Assembly (NCBI GenBank): GCA_050951325.1
Contig: JBMNIW010000005.1
Location: 32,001-96,000, forward strand
From: Clostridia bacterium
Lineage (GTDB): Bacteria > Bacillota > Clostridia > UBA1212 > DUPL01
Direction: 5' to 3'
DNA length: 64,000 nucleotides
A model generated the notes under the pieces. It made no database searches. It had not been told where the DNA came from and was given only the letters and a program-made list of their open reading frames with translations. Shown here piece by piece: positions 39,851-50,708 of the stretch. The position numbers were made by a program, and so were the translations under genes. Position 1 is the first letter of the stretch; each line of letters starts with the position of its first letter.

Positions 39851-39973
39851 GTTACCTCCGCAGCATGAATATATTCTATTTTAACCTTGAAAAGTTTAAA
39901 TATTCAAAAGGATGTATAGTTCTCATTATTTATGATATAATTGAGCGGATAAAATTAGGTTTGGGGGATAAAC

Positions 39974-42900
39974 TTGTATCTAAAAAGACTTGAAATCCAA
40001 GGATTCAAATCATTCGTAGACAAGACTGTTCTGGAATTTGACAAGGGCATAACCGCCATAGTTGGACCAAACGGCAGTGGAAAGAGCAATATTTCCGACG
40101 CTGTCAAATGGGTTCTTGGTGAGCAGAGCCCAAAAACACTTAGGGGCGGCAAGATGGAGGACGTCATATTTGCAGGTACTGAAAATCGGCGTCCCGTTGG
40201 TATGGCCGAAGTGTCTTTAATAATGGATAACAGTGACAGAACTTTGAATATAGATTATTCGGAAGTTAAAATAACGAGAAGGTTGTACCGCTCTGGTGAG
40301 AGTGAGTATCTTATCAATGGCTCATTGTGCCGTTTGAAGGATATTCAGCTTTTGTTTGCCGATACGGGTATTGGCAAGGATGGCTTTTCCATTATTGGAC
40401 AAGGCAAGGTGGATGAGATTCTAAACAGCAAGTCCAATGATAGAAGAGGCATTTTTGAAGACGCTTCAGGCATCATGAAGTACAGGATGCGAAAGGAAGA
40501 AAGCGAAAGAAAACTTAATAACACCGAGCAGAATCTTGTCAGAATAAATGATATTCTTGGTGAGTTGGAACGGCAGATTGGCCCTCTTGAAAAGCAGGCA
40601 GAGAAGGCCAGGAAATATCTGACCCTTAAATATGAATTAAGGGATATTGAAGTTGGCGACCTTGTGGACACAATCAAGGATTCCAGTGTGAAAATGGAAG
40701 AAACGGATAAGAACATATTTATCGTTGAGGACCAGATAAAGCAGACGGAAGAAAAACTGGAGAATGTAAAAAGAGAAAACCAGGAGAAAACAGAAAAGAG
40801 CAAAGCCCTTGAAGAGCAGATTTATAGGGAGAGGGAAAAAGGTCATGAGATTGGCAACCTCATTGAAAGAATAAATTCATCAATAAAGATAAATGAAAAC
40901 AATATAAATACTCTGAAGCAAGCTGTTGAGAAAAATGACATGGAACTTTCCGACCTTTCCAACAGGAACATCAAGCTTCAGAATGATGTTGCAAATGTAG
41001 ATGAAAGAATTCTCGTTACTGAAGAACAGATAGAAGAAGCAAGGCAGAAAATTAGTGACATGCAGGAGAGATACAATGCGGTAATGTCACTTCTTAGTGA
41101 TGACAGCAGGGAGGCGGAAAAACTCAAGGATTGGCTTTATGAGTTAAGACTCAGGCTGTCCCAGAAAGATTCTGAAAAGGAATCCTGCAGAAGCAACATT
41201 GAAAGGCTTGACAAGCGTAATATAGAAATAAGGGATGAAATTGAGAATGCAAACAAGGAGCATTTGGAAATTGACGACCTTATTAAAAAAGCTGAAGAGG
41301 AATACATACAAAGTGCGTCTTTGGCCGAGAGCTTTAAAAAGGAATGGAATGAAAATGCTGACAAGCTCAATGGTATGAAGGTACTTTATGAAAATAAAAC
41401 AAACAGTCTGTCCGATACTGCTGCGGAGATGAAATCACAGCAGGCAAGACTCAGACTGATGAGTGAAATGCAGGAAAAATACGAGGGCTATGCAAGAAGC
41501 GTAAAGGAAATCCTCACTTTCTGCAGGCAGAACGCCTCCTTTGGAAGAGGTATTCATGGTTCTGTTGCGGAAATTATCAATGTGCCGGCAGAGTATGAAC
41601 TGGCGGTGGAAAGTGCTATTGGCGCAGCATATCAGAATATAGTGACCGATACGGAAGACGAGGCGAAGAAGGCCATAGATTATCTGAAACAGAAAAACTA
41701 TGGACGAGCAACTTTTCTTCCCATATCAGCTGTTCAGGGAAGAACCATAGATTCCAATACGGAAAGACAGCTTAAAACCATGCCAGGATTTGTTGGTATT
41801 GCAGCAAATCTGGTAAGGTACGATGGGAAGTTTGGGAACATCGTTAACAATCTTCTTGGCAGGGTTGTAATTTTCACAGACCTTGACAGCTGTATTAACG
41901 CTGCCAGGAGGTTTAAATATTCTTTTGTTTGTGTAACTCTTGGTGGAGATATATTAAGAACCTCCGGTGCGATGACAGGAGGAAGCACAAATAACAATAA
42001 CAAGACAAATGTTTTTGCCAGAACAAGGGAAATACCTGCTCTGGAAAGGTCTGTCAAACAACTTTCAAGCTCTTTGGATTCCCTAAAACATGAAATAGTT
42101 GGTTTGAGGGAGAATATAAACAGGTTGGAAAAAGAACAAAACAGCATTCTTGACAAGATAAGAAAACAGGAAATTCAAACAGAGAGGGCTAAGAACGTCT
42201 ACAACGCTTTTGTGGAGAAGAAAGGAAACCTTGACAAGAAGGTTGAGGACTTGATGCGGGATGCGGACAGGAATGTAAATGAAATCTCCGTCCTTAAGGA
42301 AAGAACTAATGCTATTGATGTGGAGATTGTTGATATAAACAATCAGATTATGGAAAAAAGCAAGGAGCTTGCCCAGTACGAAGAGAAGTCAAAACAAGGT
42401 GCTGAAGTTAGAAATGTTCTTACCAACGAGCTTACAAAAGCACAGGTTGAAGAAAATGAAATAAAGAACAGACTGAATAATCTGTTTGACGAAAAGAAAA
42501 GACTATTAAATGAGATTGCTTCAAATGAGGATAAGAAAAACTATTTGAAGCTGCAGATTGATGAAGACAGCAGCAGAATCAAGGAGCTTGTAATAGAGAA
42601 CGAAGAGTATGCCTCAAGGATCAAGAAGCAGGTACATGACAAGGATGACAATTCTGCACTTTTGGCAAGGCTTACTGTCGAAAAGAGCGAGATTGATGCA
42701 AATCTTTCCGGCATGATTGAGAAGATTAGTGAGATAACAGGAGAAATCTCAAATCTTAGAGAAGAGCTTTCCCGCCTCGCATTTAGAAAGACAAAACTTG
42801 AGGAGACCAAGGAGAGTTGTTTGAACAGGTTGTGGGACGAGTATGAGCTTACATACACAAAAGCATGTGAGATAAGCAGTTTTTCTGGCAAGGTCAACAA

Positions 42901-43552
42901 AGAGGCCCGCAGGAAACGAATCAATGAACTCAAGCAGGAGATGAAGGAGCTTGGCAATGTGAATGTCGGCGCAATTGATGAACTGGAAGAGGTTAAGACA
43001 AGGTATGAGTTCATGAGCGAGCAGTACAACGACATGCATACAGCCAAGCAGAAGCTTCTTGAAGTGATTGATGAGATGAACAAGGTGATGAAGGAACAGT
43101 TTACAAAACAGTTCGATCAGATAAGGCGGAATTTTAATGAAGTGTTCTGCGAGTTGTTCGGAGGAGGAAAAGCGGATATAATATTGACGGATGAGGCTAA
43201 TGTGCTTGAAAGCGGAATAGAAATAGAAGTACAGCCTCCAGGTAAAAAGCTGCAGAACATGCTGCTCCTGTCTGGTGGAGAAAGGGCGCTTACCGCCATT
43301 GCTTTGTTATTTGCCATTCTTAGAATGAGGCCTTCGCCTTTCTGTCTACTTGACGAGATAGAAGCTTCACTGGACGAGGCAAACGTATACAGGTTCGGCA
43401 GATTTTTGCTAAGGGGTTCAGACAAAACCCAGTTTATTATGGTGACTCACAGAAAAGGAACCATGGAAATTGCTGAAACCATGTATGGTGTGACCATGGA
43501 GGAGAAGGGAATATCCAAGGTAGTATCTATGAAATTAGGGGGAGTAAAATGA
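39974..43552 (+). CDS. smc: Chromosome segregation protein SMC
   Basis: GFKSF, GPNGSGKSN, hinge GRATFLP, LSGGE, LDEIEASLD. Confidence 0.97.
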   Translation: MYLKRLEIQGFKSFVDKTVLEFDKGITAIVGPNGSGKSNISDAVKWVLGEQSPKTLRGGKMEDVIFAGTENRRPVGMAEVSLIMDNSDRTLNIDYSEVKITRRLYRSGESEYLINGSLCRLKDIQLLFADTGIGKDGFSIIGQGKVDEILNSKSNDRRGIFEDASGIMKYRMRKEESERKLNNTEQNLVRINDILGELERQIGPLEKQAEKARKYLTLKYELRDIEVGDLVDTIKDSSVKMEETDKNIFIVEDQIKQTEEKLENVKRENQEKTEKSKALEEQIYREREKGHEIGNLIERINSSIKINENNINTLKQAVEKNDMELSDLSNRNIKLQNDVANVDERILVTEEQIEEARQKISDMQERYNAVMSLLSDDSREAEKLKDWLYELRLRLSQKDSEKESCRSNIERLDKRNIEIRDEIENANKEHLEIDDLIKKAEEEYIQSASLAESFKKEWNENADKLNGMKVLYENKTNSLSDTAAEMKSQQARLRLMSEMQEKYEGYARSVKEILTFCRQNASFGRGIHGSVAEIINVPAEYELAVESAIGAAYQNIVTDTEDEAKKAIDYLKQKNYGRATFLPISAVQGRTIDSNTERQLKTMPGFVGIAANLVRYDGKFGNIVNNLLGRVVIFTDLDSCINAARRFKYSFVCVTLGGDILRTSGAMTGGSTNNNNKTNVFARTREIPALERSVKQLSSSLDSLKHEIVGLRENINRLEKEQNSILDKIRKQEIQTERAKNVYNAFVEKKGNLDKKVEDLMRDADRNVNEISVLKERTNAIDVEIVDINNQIMEKSKELAQYEEKSKQGAEVRNVLTNELTKAQVEENEIKNRLNNLFDEKKRLLNEIASNEDKKNYLKLQIDEDSSRIKELVIENEEYASRIKKQVHDKDDNSALLARLTVEKSEIDANLSGMIEKISEITGEISNLREELSRLAFRKTKLEETKESCLNRLWDEYELTYTKACEISSFSGKVNKEARRKRINELKQEMKELGNVNVGAIDELEEVKTRYEFMSEQYNDMHTAKQKLLEVIDEMNKVMKEQFTKQFDQIRRNFNEVFCELFGGGKADIILTDEANVLESGIEIEVQPPGKKLQNMLLLSGGERALTAIALLFAILRMRPSPFCLLDEIEASLDEANVYRFGRFLLRGSDKTQFIMVTHRKGTMEIAETMYGVTMEEKGISKVVSMKLGGVK

Positions 43553-44460
43553 GTTTTTTTGACAAGCTGAAGAGTGGGCTTAAAAAAACAAAAGAAAACT
43601 TTATGGGAAAAATAGATGCCGTATTGGCGTCTTTTGGAAAAGTTGATGAAGAGCTGTTTGAATCTTTGGAAGATGTTTTAATAAGTTCTGATTTTGGTGT
43701 GCCAACGACTGAGAAGATTATGGACAGTCTAAGGCAAAGAGTCAAGGCTGACAGGGTTACTGATTCTGAAGTTGTGAAATCATACCTGAAGGAAGAGATT
43801 GCCAAGCTTCTTGAAGGGGACAGTGCCAAAGGTCTTGACCTTGATGCAACTCCTGTTGTCATAACTGTTATTGGTGTTAACGGAGTAGGAAAGACTACAT
43901 CCATAGGAAAAATGGCAAATTTGTACAAGAACGCGGGTAAAAAGGTTTTGCTTGCTGCAGGAGATACCTTCCGGGCAGCGGCAATTGACCAGCTTGTCAT
44001 CTGGGCTGAGAGGGCAGATGTCGATATTGTAAAGCAGAAGGAAGGCTCTGACCCGTCAAGCGTTTTGTTTGATGCTTGCCAAGCAGCAAAAGCAAGGAAT
44101 GTAGATGTACTGATTTGTGATACAGCAGGCAGACTGCATAACAAAAAGAACCTTATGGATGAACTTGCAAAAATGGCAAGAGTTGTTGACAAGGAAATGC
44201 CCCATGCAAGAAAAGAGGTATTACTTGTACTGGATTCCACAACAGGACAGAATGCTGTCAACCAGGCAAAGGCTTTCAAGGATGTTGCCAATATTACAGG
44301 TATTATTTTGACAAAACTGGATGGTACTTCAAAGGGAGGAATCATAGTTTCCATATGTTCCGATTTGGGTATCCCTGTAAGACTGGTTGGAGTTGGAGAA
44401 GGTATAGATGACCTTCAGACATTTAACGCAAAAGATTATGTAAAAGCCCTTTTTGAATGA
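43549..44460 (+). CDS. ftsY: SRP receptor FtsY
   Basis: GVNGVGKTT, DTFRAAA, DTAGRL, TKLDGTSKGG. Confidence 0.97.
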   Translation: MSFFDKLKSGLKKTKENFMGKIDAVLASFGKVDEELFESLEDVLISSDFGVPTTEKIMDSLRQRVKADRVTDSEVVKSYLKEEIAKLLEGDSAKGLDLDATPVVITVIGVNGVGKTTSIGKMANLYKNAGKKVLLAAGDTFRAAAIDQLVIWAERADVDIVKQKEGSDPSSVLFDACQAAKARNVDVLICDTAGRLHNKKNLMDELAKMARVVDKEMPHARKEVLLVLDSTTGQNAVNQAKAFKDVANITGIILTKLDGTSKGGIIVSICSDLGIPVRLVGVGEGIDDLQTFNAKDYVKALFE

Positions 44461-44468
44461 TTTTTTTC

Positions 44469-44528
44469 TTGACAAATAGATTCTTATACTGTATATTGTA
44501 AAGAGTTCAAGCTTTACAGCGTTGAACT
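44469..44528 (+). promoter_or_regulatory. sigma-A promoter and overlapping inverted repeats upstream of ylxM
   Basis: TTGACA-N17-TATATT, TGTAAAG-N8-CTTTACA (44497-44518) and AGTTCAA...TTGAACT (44504-44528). Confidence 0.6.
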
Positions 44529-44544
44529 GGGCGAGGGAAGGTGG

Positions 44545-44907
44545 TTGCTTGTGAAAGATATTTATGAGATTAGCATGCTGATTGACCTTTATGGCCAGCT
44601 TCTGACACCAAGCCAGCTTAAGTGTCTTGAGCTGCATCACAATCATGATCTCAGCCTAGCAGAGATTGCCGAAGAGATGAAGATAAGCAGGCAGGGAGTG
44701 CACGATTTTATTAAACGGGGAAAAGCTGCACTCTATGAGTATGAGGAAAAACTGGGACTTTTGGAGAGGTTTCTGAATGTAAAAAAACAGCTGGAATCAA
44801 TTCAGTATGACTTTGCATTCTTAAACGACGAGGAACTGGGTGACGACAACCGGAACATACTATCAAGTATTGAGACCAAACTGGTTGGCATTATTACAAG
44901 CTTGTAG
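44545..44907 (+). CDS. ylxM: YlxM (UPF0122) HTH protein
   Basis: DLYGQLLT, DLSLAEIAE..ISRQGVHD.IKR, YEEKLGL. Precedes ffh. Confidence 0.93.
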   Translation: MLVKDIYEISMLIDLYGQLLTPSQLKCLELHHNHDLSLAEIAEEMKISRQGVHDFIKRGKAALYEYEEKLGLLERFLNVKKQLESIQYDFAFLNDEELGDDNRNILSSIETKLVGIITSL

Positions 44908-44915
44908 GTGGTTAA

Positions 44916-46244
44916 ATGGCATTTGAAAGTTTGTCTGAAAAATTGCAAAAGACAATAAAAAAGCTGAGAGGCCAGACAAGGGTCACTGAAAAGGATGTAA
45001 AATCCTTTATGCGTGAAATTCGACTGGCACTTCTGGAAGCTGACGTCAATTTCAAAGTTGTCAAGGACTTTATTGCAAATGTGTCTGAAAAGGCCGTTGG
45101 ACAGGAAGTTATACAAAGTCTTTCACCCGGACAGCAAATTGTAAAGATAATCAATGATGAGCTTACAGAGCTATTAGGTTCAAAAGAATCAAAACTGGAC
45201 TTCTCAAAAACACCACCGAATGTAATACTTCTTTGTGGACTTCAGGGTTCTGGTAAGACTACAGCCTCGGGAAAGCTTGCACTCCATCTGAAAAAACAGG
45301 GCAAAAACCCTCTTTTGGTTGCCTGTGACGTGTACAGACCTGCTGCAGTAAAGCAACTGGAAGTACTGGGTGGACAAATTGGGGTTAATGTTTATCAGGA
45401 AGGTACTGATGAAAATCCTGTAAAGATTGCAAAAAATGCGGTCAAACAGGCGCTCAGAGGGCTTAATGATGTAGTAATCATCGACACTGCGGGAAGACTG
45501 CAGATAGATGAGGAATTAATGGTGGAATTGGAAAAAATAAAGGAAGCAACAAATCCCTCCGAAATTTTGCTGGTAGTAGATGCAATGACTGGTCAGGATG
45601 CTGCGAATGTGGCACAGACATTCAATGATAGACTGGATGTCACCGGCATAATTCTGTCCAAACTTGACAGTGATACCCGTGGCGGTGCTGCCTTGTCAGT
45701 AAAAGCTGTAACCGGCAAACCTGTGAAGTTCTCGTCCGTAGGCGAGAAGATGAATGAATTTGAAGTCTTCTATCCGGACAGAATGGCGGACAGAATCCTT
45801 GGTATGGGTGACGTGCTTACGTTAATTGACAAGGCCATGGAAGCCATCGACCTTGAGAAGGCCGAAGAGCTGGAAAAGAAGATGCGCAAGCAGCAGTTCA
45901 CACTGGATGATTTTCTTGATCAGATGCAGCAGGTCAAGAAAATGGGTGGTATAAGCAGTATACTTGGGTTGCTGCCTGGAGTTGCAGGCAAGATAAACGA
46001 GGAAGACATTGATGAAAAGAAGCTTGTAAAGACAGAAGCTATTATTCATTCAATGACTTTGAAAGAAAGAAAAGATCCTTCAATACTAAATGCAAGCCGT
46101 AGAAAAAGAATAGCCCAGGGTAGCGGCACTACAGTGCAGGATGTTAACCGGGTGATAAAGGATTTTGAGAACATCAAAAGAATGATGAAGATGATGCAAG
46201 GTGCAGGTAAGAAAGGTTTTGGCAAAATGCGATTACCTTTTTAA
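44916..46244 (+). CDS. ffh: Signal recognition particle protein
   Basis: LLEADV, GLQGSGKTT, DTAGR, RILGMGD, SRRKRIAQGSG. Confidence 0.98.
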   Translation: MAFESLSEKLQKTIKKLRGQTRVTEKDVKSFMREIRLALLEADVNFKVVKDFIANVSEKAVGQEVIQSLSPGQQIVKIINDELTELLGSKESKLDFSKTPPNVILLCGLQGSGKTTASGKLALHLKKQGKNPLLVACDVYRPAAVKQLEVLGGQIGVNVYQEGTDENPVKIAKNAVKQALRGLNDVVIIDTAGRLQIDEELMVELEKIKEATNPSEILLVVDAMTGQDAANVAQTFNDRLDVTGIILSKLDSDTRGGAALSVKAVTGKPVKFSSVGEKMNEFEVFYPDRMADRILGMGDVLTLIDKAMEAIDLEKAEELEKKMRKQQFTLDDFLDQMQQVKKMGGISSILGLLPGVAGKINEEDIDEKKLVKTEAIIHSMTLKERKDPSILNASRRKRIAQGSGTTVQDVNRVIKDFENIKRMMKMMQGAGKKGFGKMRLPF

Positions 46245-46276
46245 CATAACCAATTAATACAAAGGAGGTGCTTGGT

Positions 46277-46525
46277 GTGGTAAAAATCAGACTTAAAAGA
46301 ATAGGTGCTAAAAAGGCTCCATATTATAGAGTTGTTGTAGCAGACTCAAGGAATGCCAGAGACGGCAGATTTATCGAGGAAATAGGAACCTACAATCCGC
46401 TTGTGGATCCTGCTGAGATCAAGATAGATGTCGAAAGGGCAGACTATTGGATTAAAAATGGTGCACAGATGACTGACACTGTCAAGGCTCTGTACAAGAG
46501 AGTAACTGAGAAAACAGCTGAGTAA
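46277..46525 (+). CDS. rpsP: 30S ribosomal protein S16
   Basis: [41 protein letters not shown] start at 46277. Confidence 0.97.
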   Translation: MVKIRLKRIGAKKAPYYRVVVADSRNARDGRFIEEIGTYNPLVDPAEIKIDVERADYWIKNGAQMTDTVKALYKRVTEKTAE

Positions 46526-46544
46526 GAGATTGGAGGATTGCTTT

Positions 46545-46772
46545 ATGAAAGAGCTGCTCGTTTATATCGCCCGTCAATTGGTTGACAATACGGATGCGGT
46601 TTCTGTCAATCAGATTGAAACTGAGAAGGCGATTACTCTGCAACTTAGTGTTGCTGAAGAGGATATGGGAAAAGTCATAGGCAAGGATGGCCGCATAGCT
46701 AAAGCCATTAGGACTGTTATTAAAGCAGCATCCAGGAATGAAGACAAGCCGGTGTATGTGGACATAGTTTGA
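46545..46772 (+). CDS. khpA: KH-domain RNA-binding protein KhpA
   Basis: MKELL..IARQLVD, DMGKVIGKDGRIAKAIRT. Confidence 0.94.
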   Translation: MKELLVYIARQLVDNTDAVSVNQIETEKAITLQLSVAEEDMGKVIGKDGRIAKAIRTVIKAASRNEDKPVYVDIV

Positions 46773-46865
46773 GACTATCATTTGGTTATGAGCTGATTAA
46801 TGGGGGAAGGGTTTGCCGCTCCCTCTTTTGCTATTTGCATGAATATATGTGTAAAGAGGTTGTAA

Positions 46866-47390
46866 ATGGTAGAGCGTTTTGTTATTGGTAAAATTGTCAA
46901 TGCTCATGGGATACGGGGCGAACTCAAGGTGTTACCTGAAACCGAGGATCCAAACAGATTTAAGAAACTTAAAAAAGTTTGGATCGAGAAGGATAGTGCC
47001 TTGAAAGAATATGAATATCAAAGCAGTAGAATTTTGGATAATGTTATTCTGCTTGCATTGAAAGACGTGGATACACGTGACAAGGCTCTGAATCTTAAAG
47101 GAGCCTATATTTCCGTTTCCAGGGAGGATGCCATTAAGCTGCCTGAAGGAAGATACTTTATAGCGGACCTTATTGGGTGTACGGTGTATGAGCACACCGG
47201 AGAGATACTTGGTAAGGTGAAGGATGTTTTTGAGACTGGCAGCAATGATGTTTACGATGTAGTAAACGATGAAGGCAAATCAATACTTGTACCAGCTCTG
47301 GAAAAAGTGGTCAAGTCCATTGATGTTGAGAATAGAAAAATCATTGTAGAGCTATTACCGGGATTAAAGGAAATTTACTATGAGAATTGA
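46866..47390 (+). CDS. rimM: Ribosome maturation factor RimM
   Basis: [27 protein letters not shown]. Confidence 0.96.
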   Translation: MVERFVIGKIVNAHGIRGELKVLPETEDPNRFKKLKKVWIEKDSALKEYEYQSSRILDNVILLALKDVDTRDKALNLKGAYISVSREDAIKLPEGRYFIADLIGCTVYEHTGEILGKVKDVFETGSNDVYDVVNDEGKSILVPALEKVVKSIDVENRKIIVELLPGLKEIYYEN

Positions 47391-48087
47391 CTTTTTAACT
47401 TTGTTCCCCAATGTTATAAAAGCATGCTTTGATGAAAGCATAATTGGCAGGGCTATTGATAAAGGGCTGCTTGATTTCAGATACTATCAGATAAGGAACT
47501 ACAGCAAGGACAAGCACAGGAAAGTGGATGATTATCCTTACGGTGGAGGTCCCGGTCTTGTCATGTCCTATCAGCCCATATACGATGCTTTTATGGATAT
47601 AAAGGATAACTCGGATGACAGACCCTGGTGCATATACATGTCACCTCAGGGCCAGGTTCTGACACAGAAAAAGGCCATGGAACTGAGTAGAAGATCTCAT
47701 CTTGTGATTCTTTGCGGACACTATGAAGGGGTTGACGAAAGGGTTCTTGAAGACATTGTGGATGAAGAGATTTCGATTGGAGATTATGTATTAACAGGTG
47801 GCGAGATACCTGCCATGGTACTTGCAGATTGTATTGGAAGACTTGTTCCGGGCGTTTTGTCTTCTGAGGAGGCAATAATGTCCGAATCCCATGTAAATGG
47901 CTTGCTTGAGTATCCTCAATACACCAGACCTTATGAGATAAACGGAAAGAAGGTGCCCGATATTCTTCTTTCAGGCCATCATGCAGAGATTGAAAAGTGG
48001 AGAAGGGAGCAGTCCTTGGAAAGAACAAAAAGGAAAAGACCTGACTTGTATGAGGCGTACATTAAAGGAGAAAATATGGACAAATGA
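47380..48087 (+). CDS. trmD: tRNA (guanine-N1)-methyltransferase
   Basis: [42 protein letters not shown]. Confidence 0.98.
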   Translation: MRIDFLTLFPNVIKACFDESIIGRAIDKGLLDFRYYQIRNYSKDKHRKVDDYPYGGGPGLVMSYQPIYDAFMDIKDNSDDRPWCIYMSPQGQVLTQKKAMELSRRSHLVILCGHYEGVDERVLEDIVDEEISIGDYVLTGGEIPAMVLADCIGRLVPGVLSSEEAIMSESHVNGLLEYPQYTRPYEINGKKVPDILLSGHHAEIEKWRREQSLERTKRKRPDLYEAYIKGENMDK

Positions 48088-49232
48088 GAGAAATATATTT
48101 TGACAATTCTGCAACAACGAAACAATTGAATAGTGTTATCAGAGTCATGGTCCATACTGCCGAAAAATTTTACGGCAATCCTTCATCTCTTCACAGTCTT
48201 GGATATGAAGCTGAAAAGGAGCTCAGGAGAAACCGGCAGATTTTTTCCGACTTGTTGAACTGCGATGAAAAGGAAATTGTATTCACCTCAGGTGGCAGCG
48301 AGTCAAACAATCTAGCACTCATAGGTTATGCCAGGGCCAACCCCAGAAAGGGAAATCATATCCTGGTTACCGAGACGGAACATCCCTCTGTTTTGGAATG
48401 CGCCAAATATCTGTCCGACAACGGATATAATGTGGAATACATTCCTGTTGATAGAAAAGGAGTTCCTGATTTGGAATGGATAAGAGACAAGGTTAAAGAA
48501 AAAACAGTTCTTGTTTCTGTTCACCATGTTAATAGTGAAACAGGCAGCATCTTGCCAATAAAAGAGATATGCAAAATAGTCAAGGGCAAGAATGGAAATA
48601 CGGTATTTCATGCTGATTGTGTTCAGAGTTTCGGCAAGCTCAAAATAGACACAAAGGATTTAAGTTGTGACATGCTCAGCATTAGTGCCCACAAGATAGG
48701 TGGCCCAAGAGGAATTGGTGCTCTGTATGTTAAAAAAGGAATACGTGTTGAGCCTGTGATATTTGGTGGAGGACAGGAAGGTGGATTAAGATCAGGTACT
48801 GAGAATCTGCCTGGAATAGCAGGGTTTGCCGAAGCTGCTAGTATAGCGTATGAGAATCTTGAAGAATGGTTTGAAAAAGTCAGGGAGATAAGGGACTATA
48901 TTGCAAAAGAGCTGGGCAAGGAGAACAAGGTTCACGTCATATCAAACCTTGAGAGTAGTCTGCCATATATTCTTAATGTGTCCTTTGAGGGAATAAAAGG
49001 AGAAGTTCTTTTGCATAGTCTTGAAGCAAAAGGGATTTATGTGTCAACGGGTTCTGCCTGTTCTACCAGAAAGAACAAAAGAAGCCATGTGCTGACTGCA
49101 ATGCAAATACCGAATAATATTATTGACGGAGCAATTAGAATAAGTTTCAGCGCTCAAAATACATTGGATGAGGCAAAAGAAGCGGTGGAAATCATCAAAG
49201 AGGAAGTATCAATGCTTAAAAGAACCAGATAG
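48084..49232 (+). CDS. iscS: Cysteine desulfurase (IscS/NifS-like, ThiI partner)
   Basis: [44 protein letters not shown]. Confidence 0.92.
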   Translation: MREIYFDNSATTKQLNSVIRVMVHTAEKFYGNPSSLHSLGYEAEKELRRNRQIFSDLLNCDEKEIVFTSGGSESNNLALIGYARANPRKGNHILVTETEHPSVLECAKYLSDNGYNVEYIPVDRKGVPDLEWIRDKVKEKTVLVSVHHVNSETGSILPIKEICKIVKGKNGNTVFHADCVQSFGKLKIDTKDLSCDMLSISAHKIGGPRGIGALYVKKGIRVEPVIFGGGQEGGLRSGTENLPGIAGFAEAASIAYENLEEWFEKVREIRDYIAKELGKENKVHVISNLESSLPYILNVSFEGIKGEVLLHSLEAKGIYVSTGSACSTRKNKRSHVLTAMQIPNNIIDGAIRISFSAQNTLDEAKEAVEIIKEEVSMLKRTR

Positions 49233-49243
49233 GTGGAATAGAT

Positions 49244-50413
49244 ATGGAAAAAGTTATTTTGGCCAGAATTGGAGAAATTGCTTTAAAAGGATTAAATAGA
49301 AAAAACTTTGAAAACAAACTTGCATCGAATATGAGGAAGGCAATGAAGGACTGTGGAGAATTTGTAATCAACTGGTCGCAGTCAAGGTTCTTTATTGAAG
49401 GAAAAGATAATTTTGATATAGATAAGGCTGTAGAAAAACTGACAAAGGTGTTTGGTATAGTCTCTGTAAGTGTTGCTACATGTGTTGAAAACGACATGGA
49501 GGAAATCAAGAAGGCGGCGCACCATGTTGTTGAGAAAAAGCTTGGTAATGAAGCCATGACCTTCAAGGTTGAGGCAAAGAGGGGAAACAAGTCATTTCAT
49601 TTGAAGTCTCCTGAAATTTGCAATGAACTTGGGGCGTATGTACTGAAGAACTTTTCTCATTCCGTAAAGGTTGATGTAAATAATCCCGACTTTATAGTTT
49701 TTGTCGAAGTTAGGGAAAAATCTTATGTTTATACGGATATTGTGGAAGGACATAGAGGAATGCCTGTTGGCTCAAATGGCAAAGGATGTCTGCTGCTTTC
49801 AGGAGGCATTGATAGTCCTGTTGCAGGTTATATGGTAGCAAAAAGAGGTGTGGAGCTTGTATGCGTACATTATCACAGTTATCCTTATACTAGCGAAAGG
49901 GCTAAAGGCAAGGTGATTGACCTTGCGGAAATTCTCGCCAGTTACTGTGGTACAATAAAACTGTATATTGTACCTTTTACCGATATACAGCTTGAGATTA
50001 ACAAAAGATGCGAGCAGTCCTACGGTACCATCATTATGAGAAGGTCCATGATGCGTTTGGCGGAGAAAATTGCAAGACATACGGGCTGCATGGCTCTTGT
50101 TACAGGAGAAAGCGTGGGACAGGTGGCAAGTCAGACAATGCATGCTTTGTATTGTACGGATAATGCTGTCAATATGCCTGTTTTCAGGCCTTTAATCGGA
50201 ATGGACAAGACTGAAGTAATTGATATTGCCAGAAAAATTGATACGTATGAGACCAGCATACTTCCTTACGAAGACTGCTGTACTATTTTTACTCCAAAGC
50301 ATCCAAAGACGAGACCGAATCTTGATGATGTTTTAAAACAGGAAGAAAGAGTTGATTTTGAGGTACTGGAGAAAGAAGCTTTTGACAGTATGGAGCTTGT
50401 CGTTGTAGAGTAG
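49244..50413 (+). CDS. thiI: tRNA 4-thiouridine(8) synthase ThiI
   Basis: GEIALKGLNR, THUMP domain, LLSGGIDSPV, GESVGQVASQT, EDCC. Confidence 0.96.
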   Translation: MEKVILARIGEIALKGLNRKNFENKLASNMRKAMKDCGEFVINWSQSRFFIEGKDNFDIDKAVEKLTKVFGIVSVSVATCVENDMEEIKKAAHHVVEKKLGNEAMTFKVEAKRGNKSFHLKSPEICNELGAYVLKNFSHSVKVDVNNPDFIVFVEVREKSYVYTDIVEGHRGMPVGSNGKGCLLLSGGIDSPVAGYMVAKRGVELVCVHYHSYPYTSERAKGKVIDLAEILASYCGTIKLYIVPFTDIQLEINKRCEQSYGTIIMRRSMMRLAEKIARHTGCMALVTGESVGQVASQTMHALYCTDNAVNMPVFRPLIGMDKTEVIDIARKIDTYETSILPYEDCCTIFTPKHPKTRPNLDDVLKQEERVDFEVLEKEAFDSMELVVVE

Positions 50414-50470
50414 AATATATGGTGATGCAAGGCTTGTCGCACTTTTCATGCATTTTTTTAGAAAAAGGTG

Positions 50471-50499
50471 TTGACAAGCCGGTTGAAATGTAGTATTAT
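50471..50499 (+). promoter_or_regulatory. sigma-A promoter of tRNA-Lys
   Basis: TTGACA-N17-TATTAT. Confidence 0.7.
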
Positions 50500-50521
50500 A
50501 ATCAGGCGCCAAAAAATAAAA

Positions 50522-50597
50522 GATCCATTAGCTCAGTCGGTAGAGCACCTGGCTTTTAATCAGGGTGTCCGGAGTTCGAGTCTCCGATGGATCACCA
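50522..50597 (+). tRNA. tRNA-Lys(UUU)
   Basis: 76 nt. Acceptor GATCCAT/ATGGATC, D arm AGCTCAGTCGGTAGAGC, anticodon loop CTTTTAA, TTCGAGT T loop, encoded CCA. Confidence 0.97.
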
Positions 50598-50604
50598 ACC
50601 GTGC

Positions 50605-50639
50605 AACTCCAACGAAACACATGTTTCCTTGGAGTTTTT
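50605..50639 (+). terminator. Terminator after tRNA
   Basis: AACTCCAA.GAAAC...GTTTC.TTGGAGTT plus a T-run. Confidence 0.7.
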
Positions 50640-50652
50640 ATATGCGTAATGA

Positions 50653-50681
50653 TTGACAAGATCTCTTCTTTCAATTATACT
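50653..50681 (+). promoter_or_regulatory. sigma-A promoter of hisS
   Basis: TTGACA-N17-TATACT. Confidence 0.75.
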
Positions 50682-50708
50682 TTACGCGAACATATTTGGG
50701 AGGATCTT

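Noticed and set aside
50522-50700. tRNA-Lys as an integration site
   Set aside because: It is followed directly by a terminator and hisS. I saw no integrase or duplicated tRNA 3' end.
50565-50708. N-terminal extension of HisS in the ORF track
   Set aside because: It overlaps the tRNA, terminator and promoter. The real start is ATG 50709 with an SD.
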